A DNA stretch of 27,635 nt from Candidatus Thorarchaeota archaeon (GTDB lineage: Archaea; Asgardarchaeota; Thorarchaeia; Thorarchaeales; Thorarchaeaceae): contig JBHLRS010000042.1 of NCBI GenBank assembly GCA_048882325.1, positions 1 through 27,635 on the forward strand. Reading direction: 5' to 3'. Below are positions 1 to 8,663 of the stretch, piece by piece. Position numbers and translations under genes: made by a program. A model generated the notes under the pieces. The model did not search any database, was not told where the DNA came from, and worked only from the letters and a program-made list of their open reading frames with translations. Numbering within the stretch: position 1 is the first letter of the stretch; every line of letters starts with the position of its first letter.

Positions 1-83
1 TCAACGAGTATCACTTTTTTGATACCCTTATCCTGCCTAATGATTTCGGTGAGGATTTTATCGAAGGCTTTTGGATCACTCAA
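1..83 (-). CDS. Roadblock/LAMTOR2-like protein, 5' part only (runs off the window edge)
   Basis: Not in the ORF track. Manual translation from TTG at 83 gives MSDPKAFDKILTEIIRQDKGIKKVILVD, a helix followed by the G-I-x-x-V-I-L-V-D strand typical of Roadblock N-termini. SD GAGGTGA lies 7 nt upstream, and the gene directly follows another Roadblock gene. Confidence 0.65.
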   Translation of the reverse strand, partial: MSDPKAFDKILTEIIRQDKGIKKVILV

Positions 84-109
84 TCATAGTTCACCTCTAT
101 CTTACTTAC

Positions 110-409
110 CTACTGAGTGTTCTTAAGGACTACTAGGATGAGTCCCTCATTCACTTCCGGTGCGATGTTTATTTGCCCTTTGGTTGTGTCAAGGGTCAGG
201 AACGACAGCGACCCCTCTCGAAGTTCTCGCACAGCGTCTAGTGCTTTTCCTACGAGGGAGGTGATTATTGCAGCGACGTTCTCTGTTGTTTCAGGGTCTA
301 GATCACTACTGAGTGGTAGACCGTCCATATTAGTCACAACAACTCCTCGTACTCCTTCCTGTTCTTTGATTTTGGAAAGAATCCCTTGAAGCTTTTCTTG
401 ACTAATCAA
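110..409 (-). CDS. Roadblock/LC7 protein, dynein light chain roadblock (DYNLRB)-like
   Basis: The real start is probably TTG at 409 (GAGG upstream); the ORF-track extension to 679 overlaps the next gene and a terminator. 99 aa: EGVRGVVVTNMDGLPLSSDLD...SLVGKALDAVRELREGSLSFLTLDTTKGQINIAPE...LILVVLKN, matching the Roadblock/LC7 pattern. Confidence 0.9.
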   Translation of the reverse strand: MISQEKLQGILSKIKEQEGVRGVVVTNMDGLPLSSDLDPETTENVAAIITSLVGKALDAVRELREGSLSFLTLDTTKGQINIAPEVNEGLILVVLKNTQ

Positions 410-429
410 CGTATAGAGGCCTCGCTGCT

Positions 430-462
430 TCAACTGTGCCGTATCATCTACGCCGCAGTTGA
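430..462. promoter_or_regulatory. Imperfect 14-bp inverted repeat upstream of the Roadblock operon
   Basis: TCAACTGTGCCGTA-tcatc-TACGCCGCAGTTGA, with one G-T pair and one mismatch, about 20 nt upstream of the TTG at 409. Confidence 0.4.
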
Positions 463-544
463 CTATTTTAGACTTGTGGAGATATGTTACAACTCCTTGT
501 GGTTCGTTTGCGCATTTGGAGAATATTTGGGGTTGTGTTACATA

Positions 545-582
545 GAAAAAGGGGAGGGTCGTGCAAAAAATGACGCACGACC
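545..582 (-). terminator. Hairpin plus pyrimidine/T tract after the Sec23/24-like gene
   Basis: Perfect 8-bp stem GGTCGTGC (557-564) / GCACGACC (575-582), followed on the minus strand by CTCCCCTTTTTC, about 25 nt after the stop at 609. Confidence 0.55.
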
Positions 583-608
583 GTTGATTGTAATATCTAG
601 AGAAGTTC

Positions 609-2225
609 TCATTCCTCATCTTCGAAGAGCTTCTTGGAACTCCTCTTGCTTTGGGCAAGACTACCAGTGAAGGCTTCATCCGCAGCCCCAGAAGGAGCTG
701 AAGTCGGAGCTGCTTCTAACATCTCTTCCTGACGAGCAATCTCAGCTTCTTCATTGTTCAGGACATTGTCAGTTTTGTCCAGCATCTCCTGGACAGCCTT
801 AGGAGCTCCTTTTGTCTTCTCTTTGAGAGCTTTCCTGAATGAAGCTATTCGCTTACGCCCACCCTCTCTGTCACCACGGAATGACTCCTCTCCAGCCTTC
901 TGCGTCACAAATGTAGCACCGACGGTGGGATCAAGAGTTTCCATGATTTCCTCTTCCTTCTTAGAGACCTTTAGTTTGGTAGTGACAGCACGGACTCTTC
1001 TGGCACCTTCTTCATCAGTATAGGTGACTTGGACCTGTATTGGGACCTCTTCTTCTTTGATCTCCTTCTCTGGTTCAACCTCGAAATAGAGTTCATGGTC
1101 TTCGCCAACAACTCCAATCTTACTCTCGCTCTTCTTCTTGAGTTGATCAATAACAGTACGGGAAACGCCAGATGCGTCTTTGACCTTGACACCGGGTGGT
1201 GTAACAAGTCGGACCTCTACATCCCTGCCAAGAAGTGATGCTCCAGCAAGTTCTGAAAGACTTCTGTCTAGCTCATTAGGTGTGACGTAGTACATCTGAC
1301 CGCCAGTGGCTTCTGGCAAGAGACCCAATGTCTGAAGCTCCATTCCAGCACCAGATGCAATACCAACTACATCAACAGCGGTGCCGAGTTCCATGAACAT
1401 CTTTCCTAGATCCTCATAGTATTGGCTCGCAGGTGTTACTTGGTATCCTTCAAGGGCGCCAATTCCTTCATTTGCAAGACCATCAGTGAGAAGAACGACT
1501 CTTCCGACATTGCGGTGTCTCGCTATGACATAGGCCATTCCCACCGCAGGACCAAGAGCTGTTCCACCTTGGTCACGTAGAGCCTGTACATGTTTCTTGA
1601 GCTTGTCCTTATTTTTCCCAATTCCTATCAATTTGATATCATCAAGGAGTTTCTTTGTGGAGTTCATGATGTCTTTCAGGTTTGCAAAGGATTCTCTGGG
1701 AAGCTCAACTGGATTCCCATTCTCAAGATTTCTTGCAACAACAGAACTCTCAAACTCAATCAGACCAAACATTGTTTCAGGTGCATTTGCAGCAAGACTG
1801 TCAATAGATGTGTTTAGACTGCGTTTCACTGCAGCCAGATTTGCTCCAGCCATTGATCCTGAAACATCAATCAGTCCCAAGAAAGACCTTCCACCCACAG
1901 CGAGTTCATCAGTTGCTGTATCTGGGTCTGGCGGCGGTTTCACAACGAAGTCAGTATCATCTCCTGCTACTAAAACCTCGCCCTCTATTACATTCAGAGT
2001 TCCACAAAACGGGCATACAAAGTGTTTACCCACCTTTGGGTCCTCTTTGATTTGGTCCACACTAAGGAGAAAGCCATTACACTTGTGGCATGCTATGGGC
2101 TTTCCCACGATCTTTGTTGTCTCATGCGCAAGATGACCAAATTCTACACGCAAGACATACGGAATGTCGCTCAGGACCTTCTTCGAAGCCGGAAAAGCCT
2201 CTGAGCTAGTTCTCAACATAGGCAT
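609..2225 (-). CDS. Sec23/Sec24-like protein (Zn finger, vWA, beta-sandwich, helical C-terminus)
   Basis: Zn finger PIACHKCNGFL...FVCPFCGTLN; vWA domain with MIDAS motifs IDVSGSM, GGTALGPA and LLTDGLAN; Sec23/24-type beta-sandwich DVEVRLVTPPGVKV...IQVQVTYTDEEGARRVRAVTTKLKV. SD GGAGG upstream. Confidence 0.8.
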   Translation of the reverse strand: MPMLRTSSEAFPASKKVLSDIPYVLRVEFGHLAHETTKIVGKPIACHKCNGFLLSVDQIKEDPKVGKHFVCPFCGTLNVIEGEVLVAGDDTDFVVKPPPDPDTATDELAVGGRSFLGLIDVSGSMAGANLAAVKRSLNTSIDSLAANAPETMFGLIEFESSVVARNLENGNPVELPRESFANLKDIMNSTKKLLDDIKLIGIGKNKDKLKKHVQALRDQGGTALGPAVGMAYVIARHRNVGRVVLLTDGLANEGIGALEGYQVTPASQYYEDLGKMFMELGTAVDVVGIASGAGMELQTLGLLPEATGGQMYYVTPNELDRSLSELAGASLLGRDVEVRLVTPPGVKVKDASGVSRTVIDQLKKKSESKIGVVGEDHELYFEVEPEKEIKEEEVPIQVQVTYTDEEGARRVRAVTTKLKVSKKEEEIMETLDPTVGATFVTQKAGEESFRGDREGGRKRIASFRKALKEKTKGAPKAVQEMLDKTDNVLNNEEAEIARQEEMLEAAPTSAPSGAADEAFTGSLAQSKRSSKKLFEDEE

Positions 2226-2379
2226 CTAATACTAGCCTCCAAAATTTGTTGGCTGACCTTTACGTGAGCCGTTTTAAGTGCTGTCCTGCCCAATAGGATA
2301 CAAAGACGTAACGTTTTTACACACCTATTACTGAACTGCAGGGTAGACATTTCAGACATCTTGGGAGGAAAACTCAAAG

Positions 2380-2745
2380 ATGGTGGATCAAGCAAAGATT
2401 GAACAAGTTGTACAAGAAGTAATGGCTGCCAACGCAGATTTGGAAGGCATTGTCATTTGCGATGCTAAGGGAAAAGTTCTGTTCGGACACACGATTAGCG
2501 GGGGGACCAAGCACTCGGATGTAGCAAACCTTGCCGTGAAAATAGCAGCTAACTCCTCCCAACTTTCAGCCGGTCTTGACAAGGGTGGTCTGAAAGAAGT
2601 CAGTATTGCATCTGACAATGGGTTCATCATCATCCTTGGCGATGTTAAGATAGTGTTGGCAGGTATCGCGGGTGAGGGGGCAAGAGAGTCACTAGGACTT
2701 CTCAGAATGGCTCTGAGAAGAGCACTCTTGGTGATTGTTGGATAG
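2380..2745 (+). CDS. Roadblock/LAMTOR2 (MglB-like) protein
   Basis: LEGIVICDAKGKVL...LDKGGLKEVSIASDNGFIII...SLGLLRMALRRA is the Roadblock fold pattern with the MglB-type C-terminal helix. SD GGGAGG. Confidence 0.85.
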   Translation: MVDQAKIEQVVQEVMAANADLEGIVICDAKGKVLFGHTISGGTKHSDVANLAVKIAANSSQLSAGLDKGGLKEVSIASDNGFIIILGDVKIVLAGIAGEGARESLGLLRMALRRALLVIVG

Positions 2746-2943
2746 ACCGCGCCCAAAAAAGTCAACAGAGTTACACTTTTCAGCACTTTGGAGGATGCCC
2801 TCTAAGCCTGAATACATAATCCAGATGTAGCTGGAGTAATACTAGGGTCATACCAACCGTATTTAGGACTGTGTAAAATCAGAATAACACACTCGGTCAC
2901 GCTAGGGTTGTTCTGACTGTAACTTGCCGGAAGGGAACGGGAC

Positions 2944-5900
2944 TTGGTTCACATTGAGAAGCTGGTATGCAAGGGCTTCAAATCGTTCGGACGAGAGTCA
3001 GTCAGTATCAAGCTCAATCCGGGATTCACATGTATTGTTGGACCAAATGGGTCTGGTAAATCCAATGTGGTTGATGCGATTCTTTTTGTGCTAGGGCAAC
3101 TCAGTGCGAAAACTCTCCGTGCTAATGTGTTCTCTGACCTACTCTATTCTCCACCCAAACCAAATATGCCTCCAAAAGCCAAGTCCGCACATGTTGAACT
3201 CCACTTCGATAACAAAGATCGAAAACTGCAGGTCGATACGGACAGAGTTGTGATTGAGAGGCAGTTAGACGACTCGGGAAAATCAGTCTGCCGCATCAAT
3301 GGAAAAGTGGTGACCCGGACCGCAGTACTGGATGTATTAGGCGCCATTGGAGTAGATCCCAATGGGTATAATCTTGTACTTCAGGGAGAGATCGCTCAAA
3401 TGGTCAAGGTAAGTCCAATCGAGCGACGAAAGCTGATTGAGGAGATTGCAGGTATCTCTGCATACGATGAACAAAAAGAGCGTGCCCTGAAGAAACTGGC
3501 GGAGAGTGAGGGGAATCTAGGCAAGGTTGATGCCCAGCTCCAAGAACGGCGGCGGCATCTAGAGAAGCTTGAGGAGGAAATGTCTGATGCACGTAGGTAT
3601 CAAGGTCTTAATGGCCAGATACGGAAAAATAGGATTGACATTCTTGCGTGGAGTACGATAAAAGGTAGGTCAAGGGTAGAAACCATCAATGAAACTCTAG
3701 CCCAGCGTGCTGAGGAAGCAGAGAGTCTCGTCAAAGAACTCGTCGAGGTGGAAACTGGGATTGAAACCACTGACACAGAGATTGAGAAGATTGACCACGA
3801 TATCGACCAGATAACTGGTGGCGACTCAACCAGAGTATCGGAGCAATATGGTATAGTTTCAGCAGCAGTTGCACATGTGAAAGGAGACCTCGAAAGGGCA
3901 CAGGCTGAATTTGACAAGGTCATTGGTGAAAAGACATCTCTGCAAGAAGATCTGGGTACCACTCAGGATGAAATCAGTCACAATGAACAGATAATGACTG
4001 ACAAAAACATAGACCTCACCGACCTTGAGAAAGAGATCGCAGGAACTGCTGCGGAGATTATTAGACTGGAAGAGATGTCAGAGAGAGCTCAGGTAGCTTA
4101 CTATGAAACCACACTACGACTTCAAGACCTGAACAACCAGATGAGACATCTGGATGAGGGTGTGTCTGAGATCCGATCTACAATCAAATCGGACAACAGA
4201 GAGCTTGGATTGGCATACGAGGAGCTCAGAGATGCTACAGAGGGTTTGGAGAAAACCGATGCTGAAATTGCTCAATTGACTGAAACAATCCCTGAAAAGA
4301 CAGCTGAGGTGGAGGAGTCAGAAGAACTTGAAAAGAGAAAGCAGTCGGAGATTGACAGTCTGAATGAACGACTCGAAACGGTGGACGCAGAGGTCGCAGA
4401 GAGTTCAAAATTAGTGGCCCAGACCCGCGAGGAGCTCATCAAGGTTCAGGCTCGTCAAGATGCCCTGAAAGAGGCTGAAGATGCGTTTCTCAAGAGACGC
4501 CGTGCGATAGCCACTGTTCTTGAGCTTAGAGATGCAGGCGCAATCTCTGGTATACATGGCACGGTAGCAGAATTAGGTACGATTGATCCAGATTATTCAG
4601 TAGCATTGGAGATTGCAGGGGGTAATAGACTCTCACATATCGTGGTCGAGAATGAACAGGTCGCGACAGAATGCGTCAATGTTCTGAAGAGCGAAAAAGT
4701 TGGACGTGCATCGTTTATACCACTGGATAAAATCAAGTCACAAGCGCCAGGTAAACTTCCTAAGGATGAGGGAGTCATTGACTTTGCATTAAATCTCGTG
4801 AAGTTCGATCCAAAGATGCAGCCAGCTTTCGAATTTGTTTTCTCAGACACGATTGTGACTGAGGACTTTGAAACTGCAAAACGTCAGGGGTTCCGTGGTC
4901 AGAGAGCTGTATCTCTTGATGGGGACCTCGTAGAACGCTCTGGTCTTATGACTGGAGGTTACTTCCAGAAAGCAACTGCAGGTCTATCATTGCAGGTGGA
5001 AGACACAAGTCCAGAGATTACTAAGCGTCTACAAGGTCTGGAAGAAATTCTAGCTGGCCTGCGTGAGAAGCAAGGCACGATTCGCAAGGAACGCACAAGT
5101 CTTGAGAAAGAGGTGCAGGGTCTCTCAAACACAAACTACAGACTCCGGATGGAACTAGAGCGTCTAGAGGAACGGTTCGAGGAACAGAAGTCAAGATCAG
5201 TAATATTACAGGAACGAATTGATAAAGCCAACCTCACAATTTCTGAGCTTGAAGCCCAAGTGAAGGATCTTCAAGAGAGAGATGAGGAACTCAGCGTTCA
5301 GCGTGAAAGGGTTAGAGCCCAGCGTGATGAAGCCAATGAAATATTGGTCACCTCAGACGCAAATAAACTCAATCAAGAGATAAAGGACCTGAAGGAAGTT
5401 CAGGAGCAATATAACAAACAGAGGGAGAAACTACAGAGTGAGATAACCTCTCTAAGGGTTGCACTTGATGAACGCCTTGGACCGAAGGCCATTGATATTG
5501 AATCCAGAATTCAATCGCAGGATGCCATAATCCCAGGTCTGAAAGAAGAAGTTACACGGTTGCAGATGGGACTTTCTGAGAGAGAGAGTGAGTTTGAAAA
5601 GCTAAAAGAAGAGAGAGAACGCATTGATGAGGCGGTCAAGGATAAACGGGTCCGTCAGCTCGAACTGAAGGAAGACCTGCGCAATCTCAGGATGCGGCAA
5701 GAGGAGATTCGCGAGGCACAGACATCAAACGAGAAGGCAGTATACAGGCTTCAGACTGAACAGAACAGGTTAGAGAGTGACATTGTTGGGTATGTTGCTG
5801 AACTGAACTCGGTAGCGGTTGCTCAGGTGGAACTTGAGGAAAGAGAGGAGGACAGGGAACTAACCTACAAGGAACTCGATGAGCTCGAAGAGAAGATCAG

Positions 5901-6534
5901 AGAGATTGAAAGAGAGCTCGAAGCAATGGGCCCTGTGAACTTGAAGTCACTCACAGACTATGACCTGGAGAAGGACCGGTACGAAGAGATTGTTGACAAG
6001 AAGACAAGACTTGAAGATGAACGCAGGGAGATTTTGGCGTTCATGGAGGAGCTTGAGGCTGAGAAAACACAAAAGTTCCTTACAGTCTATAACGAGATTG
6101 CAGACAACTTCTCCAAGGTGTTTGCAAAGCTCTCCCCAGAGGGCGAAGCAAACCTTATGCTTGAGAATCCTGAACATCCTTTGATGGGAGGAATCACTGT
6201 CAGATCAAAACCACGTGGAAAGGAGCTTGTCACTCTGGATGCAATGAGTGGTGGAGAGAAGACCCTTACTGGGCTTGCACTGATTTTCGCCATCCAGATG
6301 TACAGTCCTGCGAGCTTCTACATATTTGATGAGATTGACGCGGCCCTTGACAATGTCAATGCTCACAATGTCGCACTCCTCATATCGGAGATGTCAAAGA
6401 ATTCGCAATTCGTGGTTGTTTCGCTGAGAGATACAACAGTTCGAAAGGCTGATTTGCTAGTGGGAATATCAAATCAGGATGGAATCTCTCGGATTGTTTC
6501 GGTTGATTTGGAGGAGGTGGCAGCATCAGCATGA
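2944..6534 (+). CDS. smc: Chromosome segregation ATPase SMC
   Basis: Walker A GPNGSGKSN, Q-loop LVLQGEI, long coiled coils, hinge (GIHGTVAELG, GRASFIPL, DGDLVERSGLMTGG), signature MSGGEK, Walker B YIFDEIDAALD. 1196 aa, TTG start. Confidence 0.98.
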   Translation: MVHIEKLVCKGFKSFGRESVSIKLNPGFTCIVGPNGSGKSNVVDAILFVLGQLSAKTLRANVFSDLLYSPPKPNMPPKAKSAHVELHFDNKDRKLQVDTDRVVIERQLDDSGKSVCRINGKVVTRTAVLDVLGAIGVDPNGYNLVLQGEIAQMVKVSPIERRKLIEEIAGISAYDEQKERALKKLAESEGNLGKVDAQLQERRRHLEKLEEEMSDARRYQGLNGQIRKNRIDILAWSTIKGRSRVETINETLAQRAEEAESLVKELVEVETGIETTDTEIEKIDHDIDQITGGDSTRVSEQYGIVSAAVAHVKGDLERAQAEFDKVIGEKTSLQEDLGTTQDEISHNEQIMTDKNIDLTDLEKEIAGTAAEIIRLEEMSERAQVAYYETTLRLQDLNNQMRHLDEGVSEIRSTIKSDNRELGLAYEELRDATEGLEKTDAEIAQLTETIPEKTAEVEESEELEKRKQSEIDSLNERLETVDAEVAESSKLVAQTREELIKVQARQDALKEAEDAFLKRRRAIATVLELRDAGAISGIHGTVAELGTIDPDYSVALEIAGGNRLSHIVVENEQVATECVNVLKSEKVGRASFIPLDKIKSQAPGKLPKDEGVIDFALNLVKFDPKMQPAFEFVFSDTIVTEDFETAKRQGFRGQRAVSLDGDLVERSGLMTGGYFQKATAGLSLQVEDTSPEITKRLQGLEEILAGLREKQGTIRKERTSLEKEVQGLSNTNYRLRMELERLEERFEEQKSRSVILQERIDKANLTISELEAQVKDLQERDEELSVQRERVRAQRDEANEILVTSDANKLNQEIKDLKEVQEQYNKQREKLQSEITSLRVALDERLGPKAIDIESRIQSQDAIIPGLKEEVTRLQMGLSERESEFEKLKEERERIDEAVKDKRVRQLELKEDLRNLRMRQEEIREAQTSNEKAVYRLQTEQNRLESDIVGYVAELNSVAVAQVELEEREEDRELTYKELDELEEKIREIERELEAMGPVNLKSLTDYDLEKDRYEEIVDKKTRLEDERREILAFMEELEAEKTQKFLTVYNEIADNFSKVFAKLSPEGEANLMLENPEHPLMGGITVRSKPRGKELVTLDAMSGGEKTLTGLALIFAIQMYSPASFYIFDEIDAALDNVNAHNVALLISEMSKNSQFVVVSLRDTTVRKADLLVGISNQDGISRIVSVDLEEVAASA

Positions 6535-7253
6535 TGGAAGATGATTCTCCCTTCTGGTCAACTCCCCCGTACATTCTTCTCACTGATGTACTCCAGTTAG
6601 ACAAGGTAGAACCCTGGAACGTAGATGTTGGAAAACTAGTTGTTGGATTTCTTGATGAGATGAAGAGATTAGGGGACATCGACTTTCGAATCTCAGGAAA
6701 TGCGCTCTATTCAGCATCAGTCATTTTCATGAGAAAAACCAGGGAACTCGTCGAACTTGGATTCTTAGCTCCAGATGAGGAGGAAGAGGACGAAGATTTT
6801 GCCATCCCACTCATCCGACCACCCTTTAGACTGACTAATCGTCGCGTGACTCTTGAAGAACTACTTGTTGCCATGGATCATGTACTAAGCAAGAGCACAA
6901 GAAGTCGTACCCCACCTACCAAAAGGAGATACAGCTCAAAGGCAGACCCTCTAACATTTCAGATGAATATAGACCAAGCCAATATTGAGGAAACAATTGC
7001 TGATGTCTATGATGACCTCTCTCGGATAATGAAAGTTGGAGAAGTTTCAAAGTTTGTTGATGTGCTAATGAACAATACAAGACAGGAGATAGTTCGTGTT
7101 TTCTTCTCACTGTTGTTCCTTTTCGCACGGGCATACATTGACCTATGGATGGATGAAGATGGAATTATCTGGGTGAAACTTCAAGGCCCACCAGAGTTCA
7201 CCGATGAGGATGAACCTCTGGAGGAGGAGATCCAGCGGGAGATTGAAACCTAA
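6531..7253 (+). CDS. scpA: Segregation/condensation protein A (kleisin)
   Basis: Overlaps the smc stop (ATGA). N-terminal kleisin motif EPWNVDV...DFRISGNALYSASV..RK and C-terminal winged helix IVRVFFSLLFL...IDLW. Confidence 0.92.
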   Translation: MMEDDSPFWSTPPYILLTDVLQLDKVEPWNVDVGKLVVGFLDEMKRLGDIDFRISGNALYSASVIFMRKTRELVELGFLAPDEEEEDEDFAIPLIRPPFRLTNRRVTLEELLVAMDHVLSKSTRSRTPPTKRRYSSKADPLTFQMNIDQANIEETIADVYDDLSRIMKVGEVSKFVDVLMNNTRQEIVRVFFSLLFLFARAYIDLWMDEDGIIWVKLQGPPEFTDEDEPLEEEIQREIET

Positions 7254-7263
7254 GGTGATAGTG

Positions 7264-7818
7264 TTGGATGATGATATGCTTACGTTAGAAGCAGCCCTCT
7301 ATGTGTCAGGGAGAGCATTGACCTTGGAGGAGCTCGCGGACATCATAGGCAAGTCTCAGTCTACTGCCCAGAAGATTCTGGACAATCTCAGTTTCGAATA
7401 TAACAAACGTGAAGGCGCCTTGGAGGTTGTAGCGTTACCCAAGGACCGATATGTAATGCAGCTCAAACCAGAACTCACCCCGCGTGTCGGCAGACTGATT
7501 CCTGGAGGCCTCTTATCGTTTGCAACACTACAGACACTGGTGTTTATAGCTCTCAAGCAACCAATCATGCAGTCAGACCTTGTGGCTCAACGTGGAACGC
7601 ACTGCTATGACCATATCCGAGATCTTGTTGACAAAAAGTTCGTTGATGCTGTCCCTGAGGGACGCTCCAAACTTCTAACAACAACTCAACTCTTTGCTGA
7701 CTATTTTGGATTGGATAACGACCGAGTGAAAATGAAGGCCCAGCTCAAATTCCGACTAAAACGCATACTCCAAGAGCAACAGGAACGAGAAGAACAAGTT
7801 ACAGAAGAACTACTGTGA
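7264..7818 (+). CDS. scpB: Segregation/condensation protein B (KITE)
   Basis: LEAALYVSGRALTLEEL, TLVFIALKQPI..SDL..QRG and TTTQLFADYFGL are ScpB motifs. The start is probably GTG/TTG at 7261/7264 after SD AGGTGA, rather than 7204. Confidence 0.93.
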   Translation: MDDDMLTLEAALYVSGRALTLEELADIIGKSQSTAQKILDNLSFEYNKREGALEVVALPKDRYVMQLKPELTPRVGRLIPGGLLSFATLQTLVFIALKQPIMQSDLVAQRGTHCYDHIRDLVDKKFVDAVPEGRSKLLTTTQLFADYFGLDNDRVKMKAQLKFRLKRILQEQQEREEQVTEELL

Positions 7819-8036
7819 TACTCAAACCGCTGAACTGATCAACATCTACTTTACCCTCGATATTATTATCGAATGTCAAGAATAACCGAGGCCGGAAATT
7901 AATCAAGCGCCATGTTGCAGTGATTCCGCCTGTTACCGTTTCCAAATGTTCTTCAATTTCAGGTTGTACCTCATAGTTTCCAGGAATAGTCCCATCACTC
8001 TTCTTCTGAGCTCGGAAAAACTAGGTATGTCACCAT
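7799..8036 (-). pseudogene. Possible frameshifted small-gene remnant
   Basis: A 73-codon stop-free frame (8020-7799; FFRAQKKSDGTIPGNYEVQPEIEEHLE...) has no start at its 5' end. An ATG at 8036 (MVTYLVF) joins it if one base is removed from the T5 run at 8016-8020. Confidence 0.3.
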
Positions 8037-8090
8037 CCTAAAGGAGTTATTGAGCTTGTCCAGATTATCCTTGCATAACTACTTCACAAT

Positions 8091-8663
8091 CTATTTTTCG
8101 TGAAACTTGTGCGATAATACATCTTGGGCCACAGTACCAATCCAGTCTTCTCTCTCCGCCATTTTCTCAATGGCTTGTTGATAGTACTTATGCTCACTAT
8201 CTTCAACTCGCTCATAGTAGTTCAGAAGAAATCGTTTAAAACTATCAGCAGACCGATTCCATACTCGTGCTCTGAAGACCCAGATACTGGCTAATCGTTC
8301 TGAGTAGGGAGGAAACACCCACAGGAAAGATGGATGTCTATAAATACCCGCAATCACGATTACAAGCATCACTATGAGAACTAGCCACTCTCCAATTGAT
8401 ATCATCAAATACGAGAGAGGGACGTCTTGAGTGATGCCAGCTCCGAGGCCCAAACGAAACCCGCTCAGATAACTCTTGGTAGTCCAATATATCATTGTAA
8501 CCAGCAGGCCGTATAGAGCAAAGCTTCGTTTCATGCCATTAAATAGCACCGAACCCAGTTTTTGAATCACAGAAGGACCCTTTTCCCAAGTGAAAGCATA
8601 GTTTAAAGTTGGTAACGCAATAACTGAGGTGCAACTAATCAACGTCCAGAGAACTACATCCAT
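8091..8663 (-). CDS. Hypothetical membrane protein (about 3 TM segments plus a helical C-terminus)
   Basis: 190-aa ORF with hydrophobic segments and SD GGAGGTG upstream; overlaps the upstream gene by 10 nt. Confidence 0.65.
   Translation of the reverse strand: MDVVLWTLISCTSVIALPTLNYAFTWEKGPSVIQKLGSVLFNGMKRSFALYGLLVTMIYWTTKSYLSGFRLGLGAGITQDVPLSYLMISIGEWLVLIVMLVIVIAGIYRHPSFLWVFPPYSERLASIWVFRARVWNRSADSFKRFLLNYYERVEDSEHKYYQQAIEKMAEREDWIGTVAQDVLSHKFHEK

Noticed and set aside
410-679. N-terminal extension of the 189-aa ORF 110..679
   Set aside because: It overlaps the Sec23/24-like gene end and a terminator hairpin; the Roadblock domain begins at TTG 409.
2795-2830. Small ORF MPSKPEYIIQM preceded by GGAGG, upstream of smc
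   Set aside because: There is no spacing between the SD-like motif and the ATG, it has only 11 codons, and nothing else supports it.
6410-6435. SMC switch region reads VSLRD, without His
   Set aside because: Leu at this position is common in archaeal and several eukaryotic SMCs and is not a sign of inactivation.
2944-7818. SMC operon as a Wadjet/MksBEFG-type defence system
   Set aside because: It is a canonical hinge-containing SMC with ScpA and ScpB and no JetD/MksG nuclease, so it is the housekeeping condensin.
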